A DNA stretch of 64,000 nt from Candidatus Wirthbacteria bacterium (GTDB taxonomy: Bacteria > Patescibacteriota > CG2-30-54-11). Positions 17,792-27,641 of the stretch are shown here, one piece after another. The DNA lies in contig CAISZI010000010.1 of assembly GCA_903889905.1 (NCBI GenBank), positions 1,464 to 65,463 of the forward strand, read 5' to 3'. Position 1 is the first letter of the stretch. The number at the start of each line of letters is the position of its first letter. The position numbers and the translations under genes are program-made. The notes under the pieces were generated by a model that saw only the letters and a program-made list of their open reading frames with translations, made no database searches and was not told where the DNA came from.

Positions 17792-20362
17792 ATGAATATA
17801 ATACAAAAAACAATAACAAAAATATTATTTCCGAAACTGGACGTTGACCGACTCAAAGGAAAACAGTCAGCGGATATCCCGACTACCAAAGAATTAAGAT
17901 ACCGAACGCTGCAAATAACGTTCAGCTTGTTAGCTTCGAGCATTGACTTTGATCAGATGGCGCAGGTGGTTGCTAATGCTATGGATGAACAGATGGATTA
18001 TTTCGGGGGTGTTTTTTTTATTGCAGACGATGAACATAAGCGATTAATACCTTGGGTCTACACCAGTTCACCAATAGTTGATCAAACGGTTAAATGGCTT
18101 AAAAAACCCTTCCGGGAACATGAGTATCTTTATACAGCGACTGAATCGGCGGCGGTAAAAGCCTTTCTTGAAAAGAAAATTTATGAATCCAATGATCTTA
18201 GTGAATTCTTAAGACCAGCAGTTGATGTTAGTTATGCCAAAAAAGTTATCAGGTTTGTTGGTATTAAATCGACAATAGCCTTGCCGATCTTGTTACGTGG
18301 AAAAGCGCTGGGAGTGGTTTTAATTAATTCGAGTAGAGAGAAAGCATCGGATGAAGAAATTGAGATGCTGAAGACTTTTACTGAACAGATCGCAATTGCG
18401 ATTCAGAATTCGAAACTTTTCCAACAAACCCAAAACCAAGTCAAACTCCTCGAATCCCAAAACCGCAACCTTTCCCTCCTCCAAAAAACCGAACAATTGG
18501 TTACCCATGGTTTAAATACTGACGTCAAAGAGTTGGTGCAAAAAATTCTGGATGATATTGTGGCAGCACTGCGGCCAGGTCTTGGACTGGCGTGGGTGGT
18601 GCAGGGGGATGAAAAGACGAAGGAAACACATATCGCAGCTCTTTCAAATAGTGCGGAAACCGTGGCGTTGGTGGAAAAACTTAAATTTGATCCGCTCGCG
18701 TTGGCATCGACTATGCCTCAAGACCATGCCCGTAAGGCCGGGCGCGCCAAAAAGGACAAAGTGTTTGTCTATGACGAATTTGAGCAGTTTTTGACACCGT
18801 TTGTGGGCGACAAGCCAGGACGGAAGCTGATCAAGGAGTTGGGACTGAAAAGCATGGCAGCGCTTCCTCTGGTTGCCGAAAACCAGAAACTGGGGATGCT
18901 GATGTTTGGGTTGCAACGTACGACGGCGGAAGTTACGGAGCAGGACAGACAGATGCTGGAAAGTTTTGCCAATATTGTCTCGATTGCTTTTGCCAATGCC
19001 GGCAATTTTAAACAGATCCAGGAAAAAAACCTTTACTTGTCGACGCTGCAGCGTGCCACGCAACAGATCATTCAGGGCGGCGTCAATTTCAAAGATGTGA
19101 CCCAGAAAATCGTCGATTCCATCCACGACGAAATGGGTTACCTCGGGGCCTTTATCCTGAGTTATGAGGAAGTGACCAATGAAGTGCGGCTGGCCGGGCA
19201 TTCGCGCGTTGCCATTATTGATGAACTGATGCAGAAGTTCCATCTGGATCCAGGCGTATTGCGCGGCACGGCCGACGATAGCGAATTAGGCGCGCGAGTC
19301 ATTTTAAAAAAAGAAATCGTGATTACCGACAAATTAAGCGACATCCTCGAACCGACAGTGCCGGACATGGTTTCGGATGTCTTTCAGAAGACGATTGGCA
19401 TCAAAAGCCTGGTGTCGTTCCCGATCATGACCGAAGACAAGGTGTATGGCATGCTGACGGTCGCACTGGACAAGCCCAAGGAACAGATTGGCATGAACGA
19501 GCTCGAAATGATGAAAGCGCTGACGCAAATGGACGCGATTGTGCTGCGGAACGGCCAGTTTTACAGCGAGATGCAGGAATCCAACAAAAAACTCCAGAAT
19601 GCCTACACCATGATCAACCAGCAACTCAATCAGCTGGAGGAAGCCAATAAACACCTGCAACAGCTGGACAAGGCCAAAACCGAATTCCTGTCGATTGCCT
19701 CGCATCAGCTCCGGACTCCACTCAGCGCTATCCGGGGATACCTCTCGATGCTGGATGATGGGGATTTTGGTGCGCTCTCGGTGAAGCAAAAAGAAGTTAT
19801 GAAGAAAACCCAGGATAACGTGGTGCGGCTGGCGTCGTTGGTCAAGGACCTGCTTAGCCTGGCGCGCATCGAAGCCGGCACCGGGCCCAAGGGATTGACG
19901 CTGGAATCGGTGGATATGCGCATCATGATTGACGATGTGGTGGATGAGGTGCTGCTCAAAGCCGCGGCCAAAGGACTGAACCTGGTCTGGCACCGCCCAG
20001 AGGAGGCTGTGATGCTGGAAATGGACAAGGAAAAGATTGAACAGGTGGTGACCAACATGATCGACAATGCCGTGTATTATACGCTTTCGGGCACGATTGA
20101 GGTGCATTTGCAGGACAAAGGCGCGCGTGTCATGTTTTGGGTCAAAGACAGCGGTATTGGGATTGAAAAGGAACACATCAACGATCTGTTTACCAAGTTT
20201 TATCGTAACGCCAATGCCATGAAAGTTCGCCCCGACGGCACTGGCATTGGGCTGTATGTGGCCAAAATCATGGTGGAAGCGCACCATGGGCGAATCTTTG
20301 TCGAAAGCGAAATCAATCAGGGCACAACTTTTTATGTGGAATTACCAAAACAACAAAAATGA
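17792..20362 (+). CDS. Cytoplasmic sensor histidine kinase (multiple GAF domains, HisKA, HATPase_c), paralogue 2
   Basis: No TM segments. LSIASHQLRTPLSAIRGY, MIDNAVYYT, KDSGIGI, GTGIGLYVAK. Shares the block LQRATQQIIQGGVNFKDVTQKIVDSIHDEMGYLGAFILSYEE with HK1 and HK3. Confidence 0.8.
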   Translation: MNIIQKTITKILFPKLDVDRLKGKQSADIPTTKELRYRTLQITFSLLASSIDFDQMAQVVANAMDEQMDYFGGVFFIADDEHKRLIPWVYTSSPIVDQTVKWLKKPFREHEYLYTATESAAVKAFLEKKIYESNDLSEFLRPAVDVSYAKKVIRFVGIKSTIALPILLRGKALGVVLINSSREKASDEEIEMLKTFTEQIAIAIQNSKLFQQTQNQVKLLESQNRNLSLLQKTEQLVTHGLNTDVKELVQKILDDIVAALRPGLGLAWVVQGDEKTKETHIAALSNSAETVALVEKLKFDPLALASTMPQDHARKAGRAKKDKVFVYDEFEQFLTPFVGDKPGRKLIKELGLKSMAALPLVAENQKLGMLMFGLQRTTAEVTEQDRQMLESFANIVSIAFANAGNFKQIQEKNLYLSTLQRATQQIIQGGVNFKDVTQKIVDSIHDEMGYLGAFILSYEEVTNEVRLAGHSRVAIIDELMQKFHLDPGVLRGTADDSELGARVILKKEIVITDKLSDILEPTVPDMVSDVFQKTIGIKSLVSFPIMTEDKVYGMLTVALDKPKEQIGMNELEMMKALTQMDAIVLRNGQFYSEMQESNKKLQNAYTMINQQLNQLEEANKHLQQLDKAKTEFLSIASHQLRTPLSAIRGYLSMLDDGDFGALSVKQKEVMKKTQDNVVRLASLVKDLLSLARIEAGTGPKGLTLESVDMRIMIDDVVDEVLLKAAAKGLNLVWHRPEEAVMLEMDKEKIEQVVTNMIDNAVYYTLSGTIEVHLQDKGARVMFWVKDSGIGIEKEHINDLFTKFYRNANAMKVRPDGTGIGLYVAKIMVEAHHGRIFVESEINQGTTFYVELPKQQK

Positions 20363-22386
20363 ACGACACCTCACTTCCTCATGAGCAGCCAGACGAGAGC
20401 GTTTCTGAAACAACTATCGCCAAAACCGAATGGATCATCAAAAGTCCGCATCCGCGTTCGCACCGGTCGCATTCACTGCATCAGCAATTGGAGGAGCAGG
20501 CAGCACTACTCAAAAAACAAACACAATACTTTGGGCTGTTGCAGCAGGTTGAAGCCATGCTCACCGGCAGCAATGCTGGCGAGCTGAAAGTCGTGGTGAA
20601 CGACATGCTGGACGCGATGGTCAAAGTTCTGGCGCCCGACGTAGGCCTTGCCATGGTCGTCAGAAACAATGCCGAGAGTGTTGATGCCCAGGTGTTCGCG
20701 GTTGCGAACGCCAAAGCCACGGGCGCACTGTCCTCAACGCTCAAGGCCAAACCATTTGCCTACCGTGGTAAGCTGGATTTTTTGGACGCCAAGGAAATTT
20801 TTGGCCAGCAAAAGCATATTTATGCCAATGCTGAGGTCATTGAGGGCTTTTTGGACCTGTTTGGGCCTGGCGAAGCGTCGAAACTCAACCAGCAACTGGC
20901 GTTGCAAAGCGTGGCTGTGATGCCTTTGGCGTCTGCCAAAGAACAGTTTGGATTGTTGGTGTTTGGACTTGCCAGTGATCCCAATGAGTATAATGCACCC
21001 TGGTCTAAATTGTTGTCGGCGTTGGCGTCGGCAGTGAGCGTCGCCTTTGCCAATGCCGAAAACAACCAGAAACTCAGGGAAGAGGACTTGAACCTGATGA
21101 TCCTGCAAAATGCCACCAACCAGATTGTCCAGGGTGGAGTGAACTTTGACGAAATGAGCCAGAAAATTGTCGATGTGATTTATGAAGATCTGGGGTATTT
21201 GGGTGCGTTCATCCTGAGCAACGAACCGAATGGCGACATGCGACTCGCGGGACATTCTCGCATTCCGATCATTGATAAAATCATCAAGGAATTCAGTATT
21301 AATACGACAACGTTGAAAGGCACGGTGGATGACAGCGAATTCAGTATGCGCATTATCTGGGGCAAGGAAACGATTGTCACCGACAAGCTGAGTGACGTCA
21401 TTTCGCCTTCGGTGCCGATCATGATGGCGGATGTCATGCAAAAAATGGTGGGCATGAAAAGCCTGGTGTCGATGCCGATCATGGCGGAAGAGCAAGTGTT
21501 CGGAATGCTGACCGTGGGGCTCAACAAACCAAGGGAAATGATTTCAACCAGCGAACTCGAGATGATGAAAACCATGACACACATGTATGCGATTGTGCTG
21601 AGAAACGGCCAGTATTATGAGACGATCGAACAGAACAACAAATACTTGACGCAGCTGGATAAAGCCAAAACAGAGTTTCTGTCGATTGCTTCACATCAAC
21701 TGCGCACACCGCTTACGGCGATTGATGGCTACATGACTCTGCTGGGGGTCGGTGGCTATGGCGAGATGCCTGATCAGCAAAAGGAAGTGATTGGCAAAAC
21801 CAAGGAAAACATCCGTCGGCTGGTGACACTGGTCAATGATTTGCTTGGCTTGGCAAGAATTGAAACCGGCAGTAGTCTCAAAGGCGTGCTGGCGGCTGAA
21901 ATTGACCTGCGGGTGATCATTGACCGGGTTGTGGACGAGGTGAGCATGAAAGCCCAGAAAAAGAATGTGTCACTAGAGTGGGAACGCCCGGCCGGGGAAG
22001 TGAAAGCCTTTGTCGACCAAAGCAAAATGGAACAGGTTTTCGTCAATATCATCGACAATGCCGTGGATTACACCAAACAGGGTAAAGTGGTTGTGCAGCT
22101 GGAAAACAAGCCCCAGCGTATCCTGCTCAAGGTCAGAGACACCGGGATTGGCATTGACAAAGAAAGCCTGCAGCAGTTGTTTACCAAATTCCATCGTAGC
22201 CCCAACGCCCGCATCGTGCGACCCGATGGCACCGGTATCGGTCTGTTTATTGCCAAAATTTACGTCGAAGCCCACCAGGGCAAAATCCACGTTGAATCCA
22301 AAGTTGGCAAGGGAACCACGTTTACGGTGGAACTGCCGAAGAAGGAAAAGGAAGAGGGAACAGTGGAGGAGAAGGCGGGAAAATAG
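20359..22386 (+). CDS. Cytoplasmic sensor histidine kinase (GAF domains, HisKA, HATPase_c), paralogue 3
   Basis: Overlaps the HK2 stop (ATGA). LSIASHQLRTPLTAIDGY, IIDNAVDYT, RDTGIGI, GTGIGLFIAK. Confidence 0.8.
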   Translation: MNDTSLPHEQPDESVSETTIAKTEWIIKSPHPRSHRSHSLHQQLEEQAALLKKQTQYFGLLQQVEAMLTGSNAGELKVVVNDMLDAMVKVLAPDVGLAMVVRNNAESVDAQVFAVANAKATGALSSTLKAKPFAYRGKLDFLDAKEIFGQQKHIYANAEVIEGFLDLFGPGEASKLNQQLALQSVAVMPLASAKEQFGLLVFGLASDPNEYNAPWSKLLSALASAVSVAFANAENNQKLREEDLNLMILQNATNQIVQGGVNFDEMSQKIVDVIYEDLGYLGAFILSNEPNGDMRLAGHSRIPIIDKIIKEFSINTTTLKGTVDDSEFSMRIIWGKETIVTDKLSDVISPSVPIMMADVMQKMVGMKSLVSMPIMAEEQVFGMLTVGLNKPREMISTSELEMMKTMTHMYAIVLRNGQYYETIEQNNKYLTQLDKAKTEFLSIASHQLRTPLTAIDGYMTLLGVGGYGEMPDQQKEVIGKTKENIRRLVTLVNDLLGLARIETGSSLKGVLAAEIDLRVIIDRVVDEVSMKAQKKNVSLEWERPAGEVKAFVDQSKMEQVFVNIIDNAVDYTKQGKVVVQLENKPQRILLKVRDTGIGIDKESLQQLFTKFHRSPNARIVRPDGTGIGLFIAKIYVEAHQGKIHVESKVGKGTTFTVELPKKEKEEGTVEEKAGK

Positions 22387-22485
22387 TTAAGAGGTCTAAA
22401 GTTTATCAAGTTGATAATCCTCATTCGCCAAGGCGCTTCCAACTTCGCATGGCTTCGGTGGACAGGAGTTTATTAAGCGATGGAA

Positions 22486-22516
22486 AGGGACGGAACAGTG
22501 TTCTGTCCCTTTTTAG
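22486..22516 (+). terminator. Rho-independent terminator after the histidine-kinase array
   Basis: AGGGACGGAAC-agtg-TTCTGTCCCT followed by TTTTT. Confidence 0.5.
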
Positions 22517-22612
22517 TGCTTTTGACCCCAAAATGACACTAAATTGAGCCTTACTTAAGTTGCCTTCTGTGCGTAGGCTGGAGGCGCTTAAATTCTAGGG
22601 AAAGGGAGAGGC

Positions 22613-23992
22613 ATGTCCAAGTTCCGACTAAGTCTCAAATTAAAAGCAAAACAGCTGTGGCTGATCGGGTTGGTGGGAGTGCTGTTTGGGGGAGTCATGG
22701 TAGTGGGGACCGTGTCGGTGACGCAGGCGGCGAGTACGGCGCCGTATTGGGACAAAAGCGGGACGAGCGTGTTTTATAATGATGGGAATGTGGGGATTGG
22801 GACGAATACGCCGGGAGGTAAGTTGGATGTCAATACAGGAGCGTTGACTTTTAGTAATGGTGGTTATATTGACATGAACCGCGATGGCGGTATAAATAAA
22901 AATGGTATTTCGTGGTATTCCCTGACCTATCCTAGCTGGAGTACTTATATGGCTCCTCCAGGTGTAGGGATGGGACCACATGGAGATTTAACAGCGCCTT
23001 CAGGCAGTTTTGTTACAAGCTGGGGGCTGAGAAGTTATATTGAGAATTTGCCCGGATATGGTTGGACTTTTGAATCCGCAGCTAACACAACAACCCCGGC
23101 CGTTAAATTCGAAATTAACTCAAGCGATGGACTTTTTCACTCATTTGGTAGTGGAATCATTGATGGCAATTTAGGAGTTGGAACCTCAACTCCGCAAGCC
23201 AAGCTTGAAGTTGACGGCAATATAGTAATGAATGCAAATACGAATCCCGTTATTTTTATAGGTGTTGGGGGATCTGACAATGGAAGATATTTGCAGGTTT
23301 TAAATACTCCGCAGGTACAAGTAGCATCTGGTTTAAAGACAGGGGGGCTTTTGGTCGCTGATTATTACCCCTATGCCAATCCCGGTAAAAATGATTTGAT
23401 TGTGAAAGGAAACGTTGGTATTGGGACGGCTACTCCACAATCAAGGTTGGAAGTTAATGGAGATTTAACTTTTGACTCTGGTACAAACCCAATAATTTTT
23501 ACTGGCACTGGTGGAGCAGACAATGGAAGGTATTTACAGGTATTAAACACACCACAGGTACAGGTCGCGTCTGGGTTAAAAACAGGAGGACTTTTAGTCG
23601 CAGACTATTACCCATACGCCAATCCTGGCAAGAATGATTTGATTGTGAAAGGCAATGTTGGTATCGGTACCACCAATCTCGGTGCTTACAAACTCGCCGT
23701 GAATGGCACTATCCATGCCAAAGAAATCATCGTTGACAGCAACTGGGCCGATTTTGTCTTTGACAAAAAATATGCGCTGATGCCACTTAGTGACCTTGCC
23801 AATTATGTTGCACAGAATAGCCACCTTCCGGGAATGCCAACGGCTGACGAAGTGAAGCAAAATGGCGCCAACTTGGGTGATACGCAGGTTAAATTATTGC
23901 AAAAAGTCGAAGAGCTGAGCTTGTATGCGATTGATCAGCAAAATCAGATAGATCAGCTAAAGAATGAGATTGAGGCAGGAGGAATAAAATGA
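22613..23992 (+). CDS. Secreted tail-fibre-like protein with GNVGIGT(T/A)xP beta-helix-type repeats and a conserved tail-fibre C-terminal domain
   Basis: Signal peptide. Multiple NVGIGT...KL(D/E)V repeats. The C-terminal segment NWADFVFDKKYALMPLSDLANYVAQNSHLPGMPTADEV...LLQKVEELSLYAIDQQNQIDQLKNE is typical of tail-fibre-domain-containing proteins. Confidence 0.6.
   Translation: MSKFRLSLKLKAKQLWLIGLVGVLFGGVMVVGTVSVTQAASTAPYWDKSGTSVFYNDGNVGIGTNTPGGKLDVNTGALTFSNGGYIDMNRDGGINKNGISWYSLTYPSWSTYMAPPGVGMGPHGDLTAPSGSFVTSWGLRSYIENLPGYGWTFESAANTTTPAVKFEINSSDGLFHSFGSGIIDGNLGVGTSTPQAKLEVDGNIVMNANTNPVIFIGVGGSDNGRYLQVLNTPQVQVASGLKTGGLLVADYYPYANPGKNDLIVKGNVGIGTATPQSRLEVNGDLTFDSGTNPIIFTGTGGADNGRYLQVLNTPQVQVASGLKTGGLLVADYYPYANPGKNDLIVKGNVGIGTTNLGAYKLAVNGTIHAKEIIVDSNWADFVFDKKYALMPLSDLANYVAQNSHLPGMPTADEVKQNGANLGDTQVKLLQKVEELSLYAIDQQNQIDQLKNEIEAGGIK
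23246..23672 (+). repeat. Intragenic tandem duplication (2 x ~240 bp; 80-aa units) encoding a nearly identical protein segment
   Basis: ...GRYLQVLNTPQVQVASGLKTGGLLVADYYPYANPGKNDLIVKGNVGIGT occurs twice. The nucleotide copies differ at many synonymous positions. Confidence 0.7.
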
Positions 23993-25401
23993 AAAAGCCA
24001 ACTCATCACGGATTTGTTTCGTATGGGATTTTCGGGGCACTATTATTAAGCTTTGTGTTATTTCAAACAGCATCGTCGGATATGAAAAAAGTAAATCCAA
24101 TCAGCGACGTTGTGACAACCCAAACATCTAGTCATACAATAGTCTCGAAAGACAAACAATTTGAAGACATCCCTGATGAACTACTTTCCTCAATTGAAAA
24201 TGAGATTGTCACAAATAAAGACATTGTTTTTCCGACTGATAATTATGATATCAAGTCAGTTCGGAAAAAAGGGGAAAATCTATTCCTTTCTCTTGGTTAT
24301 TTGGATGTCCCAGTAGATATCCTTCAAGCGCTCAATCGCGGGGAGATAACAAGCTGGGGGACGCCATTGCAAACTGTCTTGGCAAAACAAGATAAAAAGG
24401 GTGTTTGGAAAGTTGCATTGAGAAATACAAGCAAATTTGATGGCATGATTGATGAAATTTCAGATCAGGACATGCCTACTAAAGAAAAAAAAGCGTTCAA
24501 AAAAACGACAACGGATAAGCGGTCGGTTTTAAGTGAGTTTTTATTCCCAAGTGTCTACGCAGACGATAAAAATTACAAGTTCCCTTGGCCATCGGGTGTG
24601 AAATTTACACTTACTCAAACATGGCACTCATGTTATGCAACACAATCAAACTGTGCGCTGGATTTTGCTATATCAACAAGCAATGATGATGATCGAAGGG
24701 TATTAGCAAGTGAAGCTGGAACAATTACTGACATTTGCACAAAAGGGACTCAAACTGCCAACGTAACAATTGATCACAATGGCCAGACTTTTGATTATTT
24801 TCATATTGATAAAAGCAAACTTAATGCAGACATTAAGACAAACATGACAGTTCAGCAGGGGCAGATTTTAGGGGGATTGAAAGTTGGTGATGTTTACGAG
24901 TGGGCGCAACAAAAAATTAATGGTGTCTTACAATGGGATTCAAATCATCAACCAATTATGGAGAAAGTCTGGGATGGGTGTGGGATTGCGTTTCAACAAG
25001 GGGCACATGTCCACTTTCAATTAAGACCGTCCGAGGTAATTAATATGGATGGATGGGTATTGAACAAAACAAAAGATTACCTATACCCAGTGGGGATATC
25101 AGACGACCCCACAAAAACGGACAAAGAGGTTGGTCGGGCTGGCTTGAATAGTAAATTCACATCATCCAATAGTCCTGTCTCATCAAATATGTGTGATTCA
25201 ATTGTTCCTGACATGATCCTTTCTGGTCAAACATTTGCCCAGGGAGTAACATGCAAAGCGAATAGCACGATTACGACGGGGCCTCAACTTGTTGTAACAA
25301 GTTCTGGGAATATTACATTGATAGCTGGGGTGAAAGTGGCATTAAGTCCCGGGACTACTTTTCAATTAGGTAGCCGTGCTTTGGTAATGATTGGTCAATA
25401 A
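23989..25401 (+). CDS. Secreted protein with M23/LytM-like peptidase domain (possibly degenerate)
   Basis: Signal peptide. ...CALDFAIS...GTITD...TANVTIDHNGQTFDYFHID...MTVQQGQILGGLKVGD...GAHVHFQLR resembles the M23 HxxxD...HxH layout with an intact HxH (HVHF). The first His of HxxxD appears substituted. Confidence 0.4.
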   Translation: MKKPTHHGFVSYGIFGALLLSFVLFQTASSDMKKVNPISDVVTTQTSSHTIVSKDKQFEDIPDELLSSIENEIVTNKDIVFPTDNYDIKSVRKKGENLFLSLGYLDVPVDILQALNRGEITSWGTPLQTVLAKQDKKGVWKVALRNTSKFDGMIDEISDQDMPTKEKKAFKKTTTDKRSVLSEFLFPSVYADDKNYKFPWPSGVKFTLTQTWHSCYATQSNCALDFAISTSNDDDRRVLASEAGTITDICTKGTQTANVTIDHNGQTFDYFHIDKSKLNADIKTNMTVQQGQILGGLKVGDVYEWAQQKINGVLQWDSNHQPIMEKVWDGCGIAFQQGAHVHFQLRPSEVINMDGWVLNKTKDYLYPVGISDDPTKTDKEVGRAGLNSKFTSSNSPVSSNMCDSIVPDMILSGQTFAQGVTCKANSTITTGPQLVVTSSGNITLIAGVKVALSPGTTFQLGSRALVMIGQ

Positions 25402-25412
25402 ATGGAGACAAG

Positions 25413-26168
25413 ATGAGTAAAACATTATTTGTGATTTTATCATTATCTTTAATATTGCTATCGGCCTGTAATTCTACAACCAAAGATGAGGGGAAGTCTC
25501 CAGGTAATAACAACGAGGACAAGAAGGGGGAACAGCCATCTTCAATCCCTATCTCAATCCCCGTTCCATCGAATCAGTCAAAAGTTTTCACTTATTCCGA
25601 CTTGCCTGGTTTTAGTCTTGAATACGCATCAAATTGGGGAATAACCGTCAAAGACGCAAAAACTGCGGAACCTACTCTCGAGGTATTTCCCAACTCTGAG
25701 CGGTGTGGAACGGGTTGTTATCGCGTAATGATATCTCAAGGGAAAGTGACATTAAACTTGATGTTTAAACGGTTTGCTGGGGAATTCGTGCCACCGATTT
25801 GCTCAAATCAAGCTTCGTATATACTACTAGCAAATAATGAATGGGACAGGATAACCCATAGCAAAGGGATTTATTACTCCTCGTCAGCGCATATAACCCC
25901 AGATCAAGATACGGCCAAAGAATTTGATGATAGGTTCAAATTTGGAGCCGTTAATGATGAGTGGAGCTACCTGCCCAATACTAAATATCAGTTTTGTGAC
26001 AATCGTTATTATCTGTCTTTACCGCAATCGAAAAATGACAAGGCTGTTGTGGATATTTCTTTGGATGGGCTGATTTATCTTTATAGTCCGGTGATCATCG
26101 GGGCTCCTACTCTAGAGCAACTTACACAGATGGATAACATTGTTGCGAGTATTAAGGGGATTGAGTAG
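25413..26168 (+). CDS. Lipoprotein, unknown function
   Basis: Lipobox LLSAC at the N-terminus; AT-rich. Confidence 0.5.
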   Translation: MSKTLFVILSLSLILLSACNSTTKDEGKSPGNNNEDKKGEQPSSIPISIPVPSNQSKVFTYSDLPGFSLEYASNWGITVKDAKTAEPTLEVFPNSERCGTGCYRVMISQGKVTLNLMFKRFAGEFVPPICSNQASYILLANNEWDRITHSKGIYYSSSAHITPDQDTAKEFDDRFKFGAVNDEWSYLPNTKYQFCDNRYYLSLPQSKNDKAVVDISLDGLIYLYSPVIIGAPTLEQLTQMDNIVASIKGIE

Positions 26169-26286
26169 ACAAAAATTTTTGGTGGCCAAATCAATAAAAC
26201 AATAGACGCCTCAACAGGGGCGTCTATGCAGTTTTCGTCGGATCGTTGAGGGGGCTAGATGCTGAATCGAGTTCAGCATGACATCC

Positions 26287-27498
26287 TTACTGTGCCGTGA
26301 TCTTATGCGCATCGGCTAATTGATGCTGCGCTTGCGCGGCGATGATGGAGAGTTCTCCTGCCAGCACGGCGGCGGCGATGATTTCGGCGAGTTTGCGGGA
26401 GTTGGAGCCAGACGGGTTGCCACTGCCGGCACATCCCAGCATTTGCAAGGCTTCCTGCTGCGTTCCTAGCCGGGTGCCGCCACCTATGGTGGCGACATTC
26501 AGACTGGGGATGGTGACGGAGGCGTGCAGCGAGCCGTCGTCGTTTGCTTCCATTAGGGCAAAACCTTGGGAGGCGTCGACGACATGGGCGGGATCCTGGC
26601 CGGTGGCGATAAAGGCGGCGGCAACGGTGTTGGCAAAATGGGCGTTAAAACCGGTGCTTCCGGCATACGCAGAACCCACCAGATTTTTGCGGTAGGCGAT
26701 TTCGGCCATGCCGGCGGCGGTGGATTTGAGCACTTTGGTGATGATTTCTTTGGGAATTGTGCATTCGACATGGACGGTTTTGCCACGGCCCTGGGTGAGG
26801 TTGAGGGCGGCCGGTTTTTTGTCGGTACACATGTTGCTGGAGACGGACAGGAATTCGACTGCGGGAAGGGCGGCTGCAATCGTTTTGCCAATCTTGTCAC
26901 TGGCGCGGGTGACCATATTCATACCCATGGCGTCCCCGGTGCTGAAGGCAAAGCGCAGGAATACGTTGCGGCCGGCAATCCAGGGTTCAAAGGAAAGCAG
27001 GTCGGAATGACTGCTCACTTCGTGGGTAAGGGTTTTGAGCTGGTCAAAATGGTCTTTGACCCACTGCAGCAGTTCCTTGGCCACCTCGAGCGAGGGAACT
27101 TTGAACAAAGGCGCGCGTGTCATGGCGTCTTTCTGGATCCAGACCGAGGCGCCACCACTTAAGGTAATCGTTTTGCAACCGCGGGAGATGCTGGCGATCA
27201 GCGATTTCTCGGTGGTCGCGAGCGGCACATAGAATTGGCCCTTGGCGTGGTCACCGTTTACTTGGAGAGGTTCGGTCACGCCCAAGGGGAGCTGGGTGGC
27301 ACCAATAATATTTTCGGCATTGTATTTGACGGCAGTTGCGGCATCAAATGAAAATTGAGCCGTGTGTTTAAAATCCGCCTTGGTGGCGGCGGTGAGCAGG
27401 TCGCGGCGGGTTTGAAAAGCTTCAGGGATGGATGAGGCGTGTTTTTCTAGATCACGCACTTTGATTTGTCCAGCGCGTAATTGATCAAGCAATGCCAT
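26287..27498 (-). CDS. hmgA: 3-hydroxy-3-methylglutaryl-CoA reductase, class I (archaeal/eukaryotic-type catalytic domain)
   Basis: ENIIGATQLPLGV (class I ENVIG motif), ~400 aa, Gly-rich NAD(P)H-binding segments. Confidence 0.8.
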   Translation of the reverse strand: MALLDQLRAGQIKVRDLEKHASSIPEAFQTRRDLLTAATKADFKHTAQFSFDAATAVKYNAENIIGATQLPLGVTEPLQVNGDHAKGQFYVPLATTEKSLIASISRGCKTITLSGGASVWIQKDAMTRAPLFKVPSLEVAKELLQWVKDHFDQLKTLTHEVSSHSDLLSFEPWIAGRNVFLRFAFSTGDAMGMNMVTRASDKIGKTIAAALPAVEFLSVSSNMCTDKKPAALNLTQGRGKTVHVECTIPKEIITKVLKSTAAGMAEIAYRKNLVGSAYAGSTGFNAHFANTVAAAFIATGQDPAHVVDASQGFALMEANDDGSLHASVTIPSLNVATIGGGTRLGTQQEALQMLGCAGSGNPSGSNSRKLAEIIAAAVLAGELSIIAAQAQHQLADAHKITAQ

Positions 27499-27641
27499 AA
27501 AAAAGCGGCCGGTTTAAGAAAAAACTGTGTAAGATTAGCCAAGATAGGGTACCAAAGGGCTGTTGATTTGGCAACTTGGGGGGCAGTTTTTGGCAATAGG
27601 GGAAAGGTGTCGTTTTTCGTTGAAAGAGGAGAGAGTAAAGC

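Noticed and set aside
23221-23700. CRISPR-like regular repeats
   Set aside because: The only regular repeats are the intragenic 240-bp protein-coding duplication and the NVGIGTT-encoding repeats inside fibre genes. Intergenic repeats are palindromic hairpins without spacer periodicity, and no cas genes are present.
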